DNA of 64,000 nucleotides, taken from NCBI GenBank assembly GCA_963841565.1, contig CAWJCY010000012.1, positions 294,612 to 358,611 on the forward strand. The letters run 5' to 3'. A program made the translations under genes and the position numbers. How positions within the stretch are numbered: position 1 is the first letter of the stretch; every line of letters begins with the position of its first letter. This stretch comes from an uncultured Nitrososphaerales archaeon (GTDB lineage: Archaea > Thermoproteota > Nitrososphaeria > Nitrososphaerales > Nitrososphaeraceae). The notes beneath the pieces were generated by a model that saw only the letters and a list, made by a program, of their open reading frames with translations, did not search any database and was not told where the DNA came from. Below are positions 43,042 to 53,015 of the stretch, piece by piece.

Positions 43042-43084
43042 GCCGTGAGCGGCTCGTGAGCAGCTCGTGAGCAGCTCGTGAGCA
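43042..43084. repeat. tandem 11-bp repeat GCTCGTGAGCA (3 exact copies + 1 degenerate)
   Basis: exact units at 43052, 43063 and 43074; each contains the palindrome GCTC-GT-GAGC. Confidence 0.9.
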
Positions 43085-43532
43085 AAAATCTGGCAATCGT
43101 TGCTGAAGAACTTCATACGCTGGTGGATTTGCGTCGCAACTTCTTTCTATCATCTTCGAATTCGAGAATATGTAATTCATAAACTTTAACCATTGGTTCC
43201 CTCCGGTACCCTGTACCTCAGCTGGATGATAGGAGCATCGCATTTTGTAAGTAATGTGATTTACAGTAGGTGATGTTTTCACTTTAATATCCTATCGGAC
43301 TTTAGTATCATATTGTAGGTGGAAAATTGTGACTGATTCTTTGACTCTGACTTTGTTTATTGCAATATTAGCCTCAGGATAAAGTTGTGGCCTTTATCCT
43401 CAGAAGGTGGAAGGAATAGACAGACCATAACCTTCGTGGATGGTGTCTTCGGTTTCCGGTGCTCTCAGTCCCAACTTGGGTAAGCGGATGGAATTGCTCA
43501 AATTTATGGATCATGAACTCTTGCTACATATC

Positions 43533-43544
43533 TGGGCCGGGTCG
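43533..43544 (-). repeat. 12-bp direct copy of the tRNA-Val 3' end (att-like)
   Basis: TGGGCCGGGTCG at both 43533-43544 and 43683-43694. Confidence 0.6.
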
Positions 43545-43682
43545 TTTGTGAACTATTATCAATACATTTTTCCGGCTCCATGGGAATACAGACATTGGAT
43601 CTTCTGATCGAACAGTCGTCGGAAGCAACTCGCTGTTAGTTATTCTATGCTCACGGGCCGTTAATAAGGCTCGTTATCAAAA

Positions 43683-43757
43683 TGGGCCGGGTCGGATTCG
43701 AACCAACGACCCCCGCCATGTCAAGGCGGTATCTTAACCAGGCTGGACCACCGGCCC
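43683..43757 (-). tRNA. tRNA-Val(GAC), intronless, CCA not encoded
   Basis: GGGCCGG acceptor stem, CCGCC-TTGACAT-GGCGG anticodon arm, GGTTCGAATCC T-arm, upstream TATA-like element at ~43783-43790. Confidence 0.97.
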
Positions 43758-43887
43758 TCTTGTGATTTTCAAAGCCCGGCCTAAATATATGTTCTCAGAA
43801 AAGTATAGGATAATCTTGAGGTAGCCGAGACAATCTGTACTAACAGTATAAATCTCGCTGGCTGTTGCTAAGATTGATCAATCCGTA

Positions 43888-44622
43888 TTGAACACTTCTC
43901 AGAATTCCTTTGTTCAGTATGAAAAAGATGCAGTGTATAAGGCAATCTTTTCTCGTAGGGATGTTCGGACAAAATTTCTGAATAAGAAAATACCAGGAAA
44001 CATTTTGGCTAGAATCCTTAATGCTCCTCATCATGCTCCATCTGTGGGGTTCTCTCAGCCATGGGACTTCATTCTAGTTAGCGACATGAAGATCAGAGAA
44101 AGAATAAAACAGTCATTTTTAGAGGAATTTCAGAAATCAGTCAGGTTGCTCGAATCTGACCAAGAAAGACAACGTAAGTACACCTCACTAAAGCTTGAAG
44201 GAATTTTGGAATCCTCACTAAACATTTGTATTACATATGATCCGGAAAGATTTGGGCCTTTTGTGCTTGGTAGAACATCTATCTCGGAGACGGGCGTGTA
44301 CAGCGTTTGCTGTGCCATCCAAAATCTCTGGCTTGCAGCTCGGGCAGAGGGTTTGGGCATGGGTTGGGTGAGCATCGTCTCAAATTGTAAAATCCGTGAA
44401 ATACTTGAAATACCTGAACATGTTTCGCCAGTTGCCTATTTATGTTTAGGTTATGTAAGCGAGTTTGAAGAAACACCGGACCTAGAGCGCTCGGGCTGGC
44501 TGCAGAGACTGAATTTAGAAGATGTTGTTTGTTATGAGAAATGGCGTGTCCACAAATCTGAAAAATGGTCCGAAACGAGGGATGAAATCACGAGGACAGA
44601 TTTCAACAAAAATGTAAAGTGA
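43888..44622 (+). CDS. bluB: 5,6-dimethylbenzimidazole synthase (nitroreductase fold)
   Basis: RRDVR, HHAPSVGFSQPWDF, LKLEGILES, CAIQNLWLAARAEGLGMGWVS. Confidence 0.92.
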   Translation: MNTSQNSFVQYEKDAVYKAIFSRRDVRTKFLNKKIPGNILARILNAPHHAPSVGFSQPWDFILVSDMKIRERIKQSFLEEFQKSVRLLESDQERQRKYTSLKLEGILESSLNICITYDPERFGPFVLGRTSISETGVYSVCCAIQNLWLAARAEGLGMGWVSIVSNCKIREILEIPEHVSPVAYLCLGYVSEFEETPDLERSGWLQRLNLEDVVCYEKWRVHKSEKWSETRDEITRTDFNKNVK

Positions 44623-44716
44623 ATACGCATGGCTCATGGCTCATGCAACTCAGGCAGGATTATTATCACAGTTGCACTTTAAATTCAAAAACGAATAACA
44701 AAATGGTAAATAGAAG

Positions 44717-47110
44717 ATGAGTCATTTAAGTGACGAACCCAGGCCATTTAGCCTTTATTATAATGATCTAGCGAGATGGCTCTTCATCACTCTTACGTTC
44801 AGCGGATTACTTGCAACAGGATGGTTTGGAATACCGCTAACTCCTACATACTTCACAACGAATCAAGTTGACATCGTTGCAGCAATACTAACGCTGATGA
44901 GTGCTTTAGGAACTATCTGGGGTGCTATGGGTTATCGCGAATTGAATAGATCTGCTGAGAGAGTATTATCAGCCAACTACAAGGCGAAGCAACTTGATCC
45001 TCAAATTGGAGATTATCAGTATCGGTCATTCAATCCAGAAACCAAGCAATATGAAACTGGGTATCTCCCATTAGGACCGATCGACTTCTGGGACAAAGAA
45101 ACTAAGGCTCCAAGTTGGCTTGATAAAGGTAAATATTGGCATATACTATTGGGTCTCCAATCTAAAGACAGGGATATAATAATTCAGGTTGTCCGTGACA
45201 GCGAACTCCCCTTTTCGAGTGGACGTAGAAATGTTGCCGTTACCATTAAAGAAAGAATTGCATCATTATCTTCACAACGCAGCAAACGACGATACTTCAG
45301 ATATAGGGTAAAAATTCCTCAATGGTTAGTGATGAACACAGAAAGATCAAGGTATATCGACCCCAGAGAATTTCAATCGTTAGAGGGTCAGGAAATTAGA
45401 GCCAAAATAACAGACCTAAATAAAGCATTAGTAAGCGCCGCTGAGGAGGTCATAGAACGAGAGAAACCGAGAATTAAATATCCGTACTTGATAACAACCC
45501 TTGGTATTTATCTAAATAAGAGTTTGCCTCTGAGAATTATTTACGATGAAGTCGGTCGCTATTTCCCACGTTCAAAAAAGAACTTTATAAATGATATCAA
45601 CAAGAATCTAGCAAATGCCAAGAATGAGGAACTGATCGCCGCCATAATTCAGGTTGCTTCTGATCGAGGTATTCCTCCAAACAGTATTCGTAAAATAATG
45701 ACGCTGACAAATTTCTTGGCTAACGCTTATGACAACCAAGGTTTAGGCGAGGGCTCGACAGAGTATCACAATTTTCACCATAGTCTAGAGGTATCGTATA
45801 TGGTTTTGCAAATGTTACCCAGAGATTTTCATGGATTTGTATTTACCGAAAAGGACTACGAACTCATTCTTGTTTCAGCTCTGTTACACGACTATGATCC
45901 GGTCCAATCAACATTTGTTAAAACGGCTACGAACGATACCAGGGCACCGCCGGTATCTGTCAAGGGACCAAAAGTTAGCAGGACGATCAATGAACTCAAA
46001 AAAAGTAGAATTCATGAAGCGTATTTTATGTTGAATCCGTCTGAATTTGAAGAGTATTTTAGGGATCGCTCACACACTCCGAAGACTCCAGCCGAATTTT
46101 CAACGACCCATCCAGAGTATTTGCGATCAGCGGCATACGAAAGAACAAAGGAGAGCCTATTGGTAGAATCACTTATTTGGCATACTGATTTTCCTTACTC
46201 CACGTCACAACAGGCACACAAAGCATTCTCAAGTACCTTGAAAGATCTGTCTGTTAAAGGATATAATTCAGATAAGATTAGTCTCCTTGCAGAAATACTC
46301 TGGTTAGCTGACCTATCGGTTACTTATATGAGCTCAGATCCAATTCGGGCATGGGATAGAGTTACAAGTCTTTATGACGAATTGTATCTGCCCAAGCTTG
46401 AAGCCGTCTCTCGAACTGACGCTTTCTTTGCAGATTTTGCAGAGACGAGATTATTCAAAGAATTGCTGGGCAGTAAAACCTTCCCAGACGTGTTTAGACA
46501 AAGGTGGAATTTGGTTTATCAGTTTTTTCATGAAGGTAATCCCTCAACTCAACTGAATCGGACGATTGCCGATGCAAAAAAATTATTCTTAAAAGTAAAT
46601 GTCCAGCTCGCAATGATGAATGGGCAGATGCTTGAACAGGTTGCCATAGACCATTGGGCCGAATATTTTATTGGCGTAAGCGACGACCAGCAGGAAGTTC
46701 TTCGAGCAAAAAATCGATTTGCAATGTTGGATCCTCCAAATGCATCTGCATTTTGGGGGAGTACTCCAAAATTAATTCCAAATGTAATTGATAAGGTGAT
46801 AGATAATTTCATTATTGTCTTGCCTAAGAATGCACTGGATCAAACTGAGGATTCTAATCACATCACCTCCTTCAAAGCTTTACTATCGATTATGAAACCT
46901 AAGCTTCGTGATGAAGGCACAATACAGATTTTGACCAATACGAAGGAATATACAGAGCATCAAAGTGAGATTATGTTTCTTCTTAGAGACTGCGGGTTTG
47001 ATATGATCACAGATGAAAAATATAAGGTATATTTTCCAAACAAATCGCAAGGATCCCGGTTACCCGACAATGACAAGGTCATATTACTTAGAAGAAGGGA
47101 CCCATCTTAA
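44717..47110 (+). CDS. membrane-anchored HD/PDEase-like metal-dependent phosphohydrolase
   Basis: two N-terminal TM helices; YHNFHHSLEV...ALLHDYD...ADLS. Confidence 0.8.
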   Translation: MSHLSDEPRPFSLYYNDLARWLFITLTFSGLLATGWFGIPLTPTYFTTNQVDIVAAILTLMSALGTIWGAMGYRELNRSAERVLSANYKAKQLDPQIGDYQYRSFNPETKQYETGYLPLGPIDFWDKETKAPSWLDKGKYWHILLGLQSKDRDIIIQVVRDSELPFSSGRRNVAVTIKERIASLSSQRSKRRYFRYRVKIPQWLVMNTERSRYIDPREFQSLEGQEIRAKITDLNKALVSAAEEVIEREKPRIKYPYLITTLGIYLNKSLPLRIIYDEVGRYFPRSKKNFINDINKNLANAKNEELIAAIIQVASDRGIPPNSIRKIMTLTNFLANAYDNQGLGEGSTEYHNFHHSLEVSYMVLQMLPRDFHGFVFTEKDYELILVSALLHDYDPVQSTFVKTATNDTRAPPVSVKGPKVSRTINELKKSRIHEAYFMLNPSEFEEYFRDRSHTPKTPAEFSTTHPEYLRSAAYERTKESLLVESLIWHTDFPYSTSQQAHKAFSSTLKDLSVKGYNSDKISLLAEILWLADLSVTYMSSDPIRAWDRVTSLYDELYLPKLEAVSRTDAFFADFAETRLFKELLGSKTFPDVFRQRWNLVYQFFHEGNPSTQLNRTIADAKKLFLKVNVQLAMMNGQMLEQVAIDHWAEYFIGVSDDQQEVLRAKNRFAMLDPPNASAFWGSTPKLIPNVIDKVIDNFIIVLPKNALDQTEDSNHITSFKALLSIMKPKLRDEGTIQILTNTKEYTEHQSEIMFLLRDCGFDMITDEKYKVYFPNKSQGSRLPDNDKVILLRRRDPS

Positions 47111-47254
47111 ACCGTTTGTCACCAATCAATATGTGGATGGAGTGCTTGAAAAATTGTTATCAAATTTCAATCTCTATGGACCTGTAATTGGGCGGTATGA
47201 TTTGCCTTTAAAATATTGTAATTAATGTATGCATTTTTATTGCCAGAGAATTGA

Positions 47255-48298
47255 ATGACATTAACAAAACTCGATGGGAGTCAGGACATATTTATGATAT
47301 CGATCGACAATCAGAAAATAATCAGAATAATCGAAGAGAGGAAGCCAAAATCTATTGCGTTGGATGGGCCCGATGGATTGATGTCTAAGATTCAGGAAAC
47401 GGCAGATATTATCGCAGAAAAATTCGAAATTCCAATCTACATAATTGGAGATACTTGTTGGGGCTCTTGCGACCTTAATGCTCATGCGGCCGACGTGCTC
47501 GGAGCAGAAATTCTCTTTAACATAGGGCATACGATCTCGATGGATGGTTTTGGAAAAGAGATCGTCATGATAGACGCATATGAGGATCTGCCCTTTGATG
47601 GGGTTGCAAGACGATTGGCAGCAGAACTTCTAAGCAGAAATTATAGGAAGATATCACTACTGACAATTAGCCAACATTTACAACAGCTTGAGAACGTTGG
47701 CAGAATCTTTGAACAGTCAGGCATAAGTGTGGTAATAGGGAGTGGTAGGGGCCAGCTTAACGATGGACAGGTTTTTGGCTGTGAATTTTACCCTGCTCAC
47801 AGTAAGATGGATAAAATAGATTGCTATGTATTTTTAGGTCAAAGTACTTTCCATTCGGCCGGGGTAGCGTTATCGACTGGGAAACAAACATTTATGCTTG
47901 ATCCGTACTTTCAGGAATACACTGAAGTAAGTAGTGTAGCCGAGGAATTGCATAGGAAAGCGATTCTATCAATCTATAAAGCCGCCGACGCACAAGCAAT
48001 TGGGATCATCATTGGCATAAAAGATGGTCAGTTTGCAAAGACTCGGGCTTTAGAACTAAAAAAAGAGTTTGAAAAAGTGGGAATGAAGGTGAGGTTGATT
48101 GGATTGACTGAAATAACAGAAGAAAGATTGCAGATATTTAGGCACATTGATGCTTTTGTACAGGTCGCATGTCCGAGAATCGGAATCGATAATCATTTTA
48201 AGAAGCCTATGCTTTCGGTACCCCAGGCAAGAGCTTTAATCAGGATTTTGAAGAAAGAACCAGTTGACGAGATTTTTCGTCTCAGCCATTGGCTGTAA
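47255..48298 (+). CDS. dph2: diphthamide biosynthesis enzyme Dph2
   Basis: CWGSCD, GQVFGC, VACPRI (three Fe-S Cys), FH..GVAL. Confidence 0.93.
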   Translation: MTLTKLDGSQDIFMISIDNQKIIRIIEERKPKSIALDGPDGLMSKIQETADIIAEKFEIPIYIIGDTCWGSCDLNAHAADVLGAEILFNIGHTISMDGFGKEIVMIDAYEDLPFDGVARRLAAELLSRNYRKISLLTISQHLQQLENVGRIFEQSGISVVIGSGRGQLNDGQVFGCEFYPAHSKMDKIDCYVFLGQSTFHSAGVALSTGKQTFMLDPYFQEYTEVSSVAEELHRKAILSIYKAADAQAIGIIIGIKDGQFAKTRALELKKEFEKVGMKVRLIGLTEITEERLQIFRHIDAFVQVACPRIGIDNHFKKPMLSVPQARALIRILKKEPVDEIFRLSHWL

Positions 48299-48430
48299 GC
48301 TCCATGCCTATGGCATTACGTGATTGTACGCTAGCCGGCTATGTGGCAATCTAGAGATTTGATAATTTGATTAATATCAATATGCGATTTGGAAAGCATG
48401 AAAATAACAGGTACAAACTGAAGTGTTATT

Positions 48431-48746
48431 GGAGACAGCCTACTGGTTCCAGTAAAGGTCCAAAGCCCCCTCTCAAGCCTTGCAAGATCTGCCACGTAGA
48501 CGTGCCAGCATGATCATGCAATCTTAGGGTTGCTCCCTCCCGGACCTCACCCATTTCGACAATACACAGTCAAGACCATGCCTTCGCATGACATGCTGCT
48601 CATAACCATCCAGCACGGCATGACTTCATTTCAGCTGAGGCAAGCAGGTACCTTGTACCAGTAGATTTACCCAGCAGTTGCTGATCCCAGCATGAAGTCG
48701 GTTTCTGGTATGGGGCACGACTAACACCCCGATCCTCCCTGTCTCC
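48431..48746 (-). ncRNA. ffs: archaeal signal recognition particle RNA (7S)
   Basis: ~316 nt with pairing ends (GGAGACAG/CTGTCTCC), Alu-like 5' region, helix-8 motif AGGTCCGGGAGGGAGCA; upstream TATA-like element. Confidence 0.9.
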
Positions 48747-48806
48747 AATTATGTAATCCAGCATTAGATTATATTTATGTTAGTGTCATGCATTTTACTA
48801 AACCAT

Positions 48807-49739
48807 TTAACCCAGTGGTTTTAATTTCTCCTGAATCCTGCACACAGAGCAGATCTGCTCAGTGCTGTCTCGACCACATTTCTCGCATGCCTTTCTCATA
48901 ATGGCAGGATCTACCCGGTTCCGAATAAGAGCCGAGATATCCATTATAGATTTGTAAGTATTGTATTTTATCCCGGGATGTGCTTTTTCCAAATCGTTGA
49001 GAAACTGTCGAATTTCTTCTCTTATGCTTTCATTCATGTAAGGACACTGCTCGCTTTGGAATGGGATTCCCTTTTGAAGTGCATAGAACACAATTTCTCT
49101 TTCATATGTCTCAGAAAGGGGTTTGATCTTCTTCATGTAGCCCGTCTTGTAGATAGAAGAAGCCTGGTTCCATCCTATTCGATTTACATCGCCTGACAAG
49201 AGATTAATCATGAATGTTTGTACCTCGTCATCCAAGTTGTGTGCTGTCGCAACCACATTTGCCCCTATTTGTTCTGCTGCCAGGTCTATCGCTCTTCTAC
49301 GAAATGTTCCACAAATTGAACAGGATGTTAATTTTGCTGATGGTCTAACCTTCATAGCTTCGTCCATGTGAGTTCCAAAGAGTTCATTATAGGAAAGGAC
49401 AGTAAGCGGGACGCCTAGTTTGGAACAAAACTCTGATACTATCTTCAATGATTCATCTCGATATCCAGCTATACCTTCGTCAATTGTAATCGCACTTATA
49501 GTAATTCCTCTGGAAACGTCAATTGTGGATTTGAGAATGCTTAATAGGACCAAGCTATCTTTCCCCCCCGACGTGGCTACCGCAACATGATCCCCAAACT
49601 TAATCATTGAAAATTTGTTTATAGTTCGTTGCACCTTACGCTCTATAGAATTCATGAAGCATCTCTTGCAGAGCTTTTCCCCCGAATATTCTCTAAAATA
49701 GACTGAGGAGTTCTTGTTACATTTATTACATGTTTCCAT
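48807..49739 (-). CDS. tRNA 2-thiolation protein (TtuA/Ncs6/NcsA family)
   Basis: N- and C-terminal Zn fingers, SGGKDS PP-loop, CSIC, HNLDD, CPY. Confidence 0.92.
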   Translation of the reverse strand: METCNKCNKNSSVYFREYSGEKLCKRCFMNSIERKVQRTINKFSMIKFGDHVAVATSGGKDSLVLLSILKSTIDVSRGITISAITIDEGIAGYRDESLKIVSEFCSKLGVPLTVLSYNELFGTHMDEAMKVRPSAKLTSCSICGTFRRRAIDLAAEQIGANVVATAHNLDDEVQTFMINLLSGDVNRIGWNQASSIYKTGYMKKIKPLSETYEREIVFYALQKGIPFQSEQCPYMNESIREEIRQFLNDLEKAHPGIKYNTYKSIMDISALIRNRVDPAIMRKACEKCGRDSTEQICSVCRIQEKLKPLG

Positions 49740-49956
49740 CTTTAATTAAGAGGCGAGCAAAGGCAGAGGGATGATATTTCTTATTTAAGTCTTTTTGAAT
49801 ACCAACTTGGAGGCAGCCTGGTAACTAGAAAATGTCAAAAACAAAACAAATGTACAATTCTCGATAACCTCAGCCAACGATACCTAATTCAAGTGTAATA
49901 GACGTCTAGTTTTGCTCGAACTATGAACCCAAGAACTTAACTCCGGCTATTCTTAA

Positions 49957-50178
49957 TTATTTTTGTTTATCTTTCTTTGAACTTTGCCACCAATCAAGGT
50001 AGTCGTTGTGAACTCGTTTTCTACCATCTCCAGTCTCATAATATTTTTCGGCCGCTTTGTCTCTTAGTTCGTCTAATTTTTCACTGGATACAAACAAACC
50101 ACAACCCTTGCAAACAAAATTCTTACTAGGACTGTCAAATTTCATATCACCGCCGCACTCGGGACAAAACCTAGCCAA
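49957..50178 (-). CDS. small Zn-ribbon protein
   Basis: CPECGG...CKGCG; YLDWW tail. Confidence 0.8.
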   Translation of the reverse strand: MARFCPECGGDMKFDSPSKNFVCKGCGLFVSSEKLDELRDKAAEKYYETGDGRKRVHNDYLDWWQSSKKDKQK

Positions 50179-50311
50179 TCAGTTACTAATTCTCCCACAC
50201 ACTAATAAAAGGATTATGTACTAAGCACTTTGTTTCAGTTCAAAAGGCTCACTCTTTACTGCAAATTATTTAGCATGAGTAATCGAAGTTGAGAGAAATA
50301 ATTGATTATAA

Positions 50312-50723
50312 TCAATTTGGATAGATCAATATTTGCTCTCCGTCAGCATCTACGATTAATGCCTGGCTATTCCTGATAACCTGATGGATGTTAAGGCATT
50401 TCAGGTGAACAGCCGGGATATTTGATATCGCACACCCAGAGGCCGTCGTTATATCCATCCTATTCGAAGATATGATAGCCAATGGGCCAGACGATTTCTT
50501 TGTCAAGGCTATACAAAACGTAAGCTCCTACACTGCTACCTACTGAATATGGAAAAACAAAAATCTTGTCCTTCAATGTCTGGCCATAGAGGTTATGGTT
50601 TAGATCCTTGATCTCCCCACTCCCGGCGTCAATCATTGTAAGAAAATTTATTGGTGTATCTGATACCAAAGCTTCGCCTTCAGCGAATCCCTTTACTATG
50701 CACTTGCACCCAACAACATACAT
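50312..50723 (-). CDS. aconitase X swivel subunit (DUF126; phosphomevalonate dehydratase small subunit), split by a +1 insertion at ~50507
   Basis: GEALVS, GSSVGAYVLY; second frame GPLAII...ASGCAISNIP; adjacent to DUF521. Confidence 0.85.
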
Positions 50724-50730
50724 AATTGAT

Positions 50731-51888
50731 TCAGCTGTAGGTTCTCACGATGGTTTTCATATCCTTTAATGCAACGCCGACTCGATTGGAACTTTTCATA
50801 TAATATGCTCCCTTTACACTGTTGGTAATGATTGAATCAGTGTTGTCTCTGGTTATTAATGGCGAGAGACACATGCAAGAGTCGCACATAAATTCTGCCC
50901 CTGATGACTCTACTTTTGAAGCTAATCCAATTTTCCTAGCTTGATCATGGATGTATCTTGAACAGAAAATAATGCACCTTCTATCAAATTTTCGTCCCGC
51001 AATAAGATCATGCAGATAAGTTAACTCGCTTAGTCCGAGCTGTGGGCTACCGAACATAATGAGGTCGCCATCCTCGTCAGTACTCAACTCGTCTGTGGCT
51101 TTACACATTTCCTCCTCACCTATTGCAACGGATTCACTTTTCGGCACATTGCCAGACGTAAACATTCCACAGGATCCTGAGGTTCCTAGTCCTGAGGCGA
51201 TTGCTTTTGCAGGCATCATTTCCATTCTGCTTTTCAGATCTGAAAAAGCAATACAGCTATCATTGGCGATTTTTCCGGCTATATAGCCAAGTAGGCCGTA
51301 ATCAGTTTCAGTATTTATCGCGATACCCCTGCATTTTATGGCCACCCTCGGTGTTCGTGACTTCTCTATTCGAAGATCAGAATATGGAGACTTTCCTGTT
51401 ATGGCACTTGCAAGTGCACTAAGAGCGCTTTCCTTATTAGTCATCAATCCCAGGAAAGAATTGGAAAAGACGGCTGCGCTGCTTTCAGCGAAACTCACAG
51501 AGGTACCTTTTTTTGGAAGTTTAAATATTTCATAAGGAGTACAAGAAAAAGATTGTGTGGCTCCCATTTTTTTATAACTTTCCACAATTTGCATTTGCTT
51601 TGACAAAAATTTTTGAGAGAGTGTATTTGGTTTACTTCTATCATAGCCCATAGGATTGATCGTCGTCCTTACCCTGAAACGTACACCATTTGCTACTTCC
51701 TGTAAGAAATCAACTCCTGCATCACCGATAGTATTATAATTTACGCCAGAAATATGAGCCCATTCTATAGGAACAAGTTTTTCTGCTTCAGTTGCCTGTC
51801 CTATCGCCGACAGCACTCTATATGCAGATGCATATACTTCTCCCTTACTCCCAGCAAGAATTTTTTCTTCGGATTTGGTAAGTTGCAA
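50731..51888 (-). CDS. aconitase X catalytic subunit (DUF521; phosphomevalonate dehydratase large subunit)
   Basis: AHISGVNY, TTINP, SCTPY, AESSA..FSNS, DSC, TNS.KGAYY. Confidence 0.9.
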   Translation of the reverse strand: MQLTKSEEKILAGSKGEVYASAYRVLSAIGQATEAEKLVPIEWAHISGVNYNTIGDAGVDFLQEVANGVRFRVRTTINPMGYDRSKPNTLSQKFLSKQMQIVESYKKMGATQSFSCTPYEIFKLPKKGTSVSFAESSAAVFSNSFLGLMTNKESALSALASAITGKSPYSDLRIEKSRTPRVAIKCRGIAINTETDYGLLGYIAGKIANDSCIAFSDLKSRMEMMPAKAIASGLGTSGSCGMFTSGNVPKSESVAIGEEEMCKATDELSTDEDGDLIMFGSPQLGLSELTYLHDLIAGRKFDRRCIIFCSRYIHDQARKIGLASKVESSGAEFMCDSCMCLSPLITRDNTDSIITNSVKGAYYMKSSNRVGVALKDMKTIVRTYS

Positions 51889-51987
51889 TGATAATTATCT
51901 CTCGATAAATATCAGAAAAATGGGAAGATTCAACCTGCCCGACACCTATTTTGAGCCCTTGAGAGGTGTTTCTGGAGATTTAAAAGG

Positions 51988-52251
51988 TCATGCAGGACAA
52001 CCTTCCATTTTTTGAATAAAGTATCCGTTACTTTGAATATCTGTCTCTATCGTCGGTGGAGCTTGCTGTATGTGACAGAATTGACATTCTTCTTGGGTCA
52101 TCTGTTGTTCTCCCTCACCAACGCTTTCTAGATACTTCTTGCCAAATTCGATAGCTTTTTCGTGCGGAGTCTTAGACTCCACTACTACATCAAAATGCAT
52201 AACGTTTCCATCTTTCTTTCTAACGTATGTATCATATACTGCGCACTGCAT
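51988..52251 (-). CDS. DUF2024-family small protein
   Basis: VYDTYV.KKDG.VMHFDV...ECQFCH. Confidence 0.8.
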   Translation of the reverse strand: MQCAVYDTYVRKKDGNVMHFDVVVESKTPHEKAIEFGKKYLESVGEGEQQMTQEECQFCHIQQAPPTIETDIQSNGYFIQKMEGCPA

Positions 52252-52378
52252 GAGAATATTCGCCTGTTAACTCTATTTATTCTAATCTCTCAATATCGAA
52301 GTGTTTCTAGGTTTGCGACATGTTGATACACTGATAGTTCTACTTATTCCTTGAATAGTAGCGAGTTGAAACAATTTG

Positions 52379-52744
52379 CTATTCTTTTCTTATATCAATT
52401 GCAAGAATATCTCCGACCTGCGGATTTCCAATTTTCTGGAATCTCCTCTTAGGCATGGTAATCTGTATGGTTGCCTGAGAATATGTATTAACGACGGTCT
52501 GTGGTTGAGCTCGAAGGATGGCTTCCAGGAACGGCTTTACTTGCTGCTTTATGTCCTTATCTGACACGAGATTGTCAATTGAATCCAATATTAACTGTTG
52601 CTGCGACACCTTTTCCAGCTCTACATCCTCAGTGAGGCTCAAGGTAATGCTCATTCCGGTATCAATTAGCTGGTTAACTTTATACCTGGTGACAGTTTCG
52701 GTTCGATTCTCCATAATCCACAGGACTAACGAAATTCTCATCAT
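52379..52744 (-). CDS. hypothetical protein, arcadin-1-like candidate
   Basis: C-terminal IQITM...IGNPQVGDILAIDI pattern and central amphipathic helix. Confidence 0.55.
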   Translation of the reverse strand: MMRISLVLWIMENRTETVTRYKVNQLIDTGMSITLSLTEDVELEKVSQQQLILDSIDNLVSDKDIKQQVKPFLEAILRAQPQTVVNTYSQATIQITMPKRRFQKIGNPQVGDILAIDIRKE

Positions 52745-53015
52745 ATTTTAACCATCTTATTGGTCAGCTTTGAAAATAGGACTTGGCCTTAGAAGGGGTC
52801 GGAATAAAGTCGCCAACCTAATTCTCGGCTGTTTGAACTACTACCAATATTAGGATTATTTGGAATACTCTTGCCGACTTAGGGAGAAGATGATCCATTA
52901 ATTTTCAATGCAAACAATATCAATCATAACAAACCACTGTACGTATCCCCACTAAAATATTACTAGTTTTCACTATCTTACTGTATATTAAACAATAAAA
53001 CCATAAATTGCTCGG

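Noticed and set aside
43042-43084. CRISPR array
   Set aside because: 11-bp units are contiguous with no spacers, and no cas genes are present
42959-43282. 107-aa ORF next to the tRNA as an integrase remnant
   Set aside because: No tyrosine-recombinase motifs; the frame passes through the tandem repeat and looks spurious
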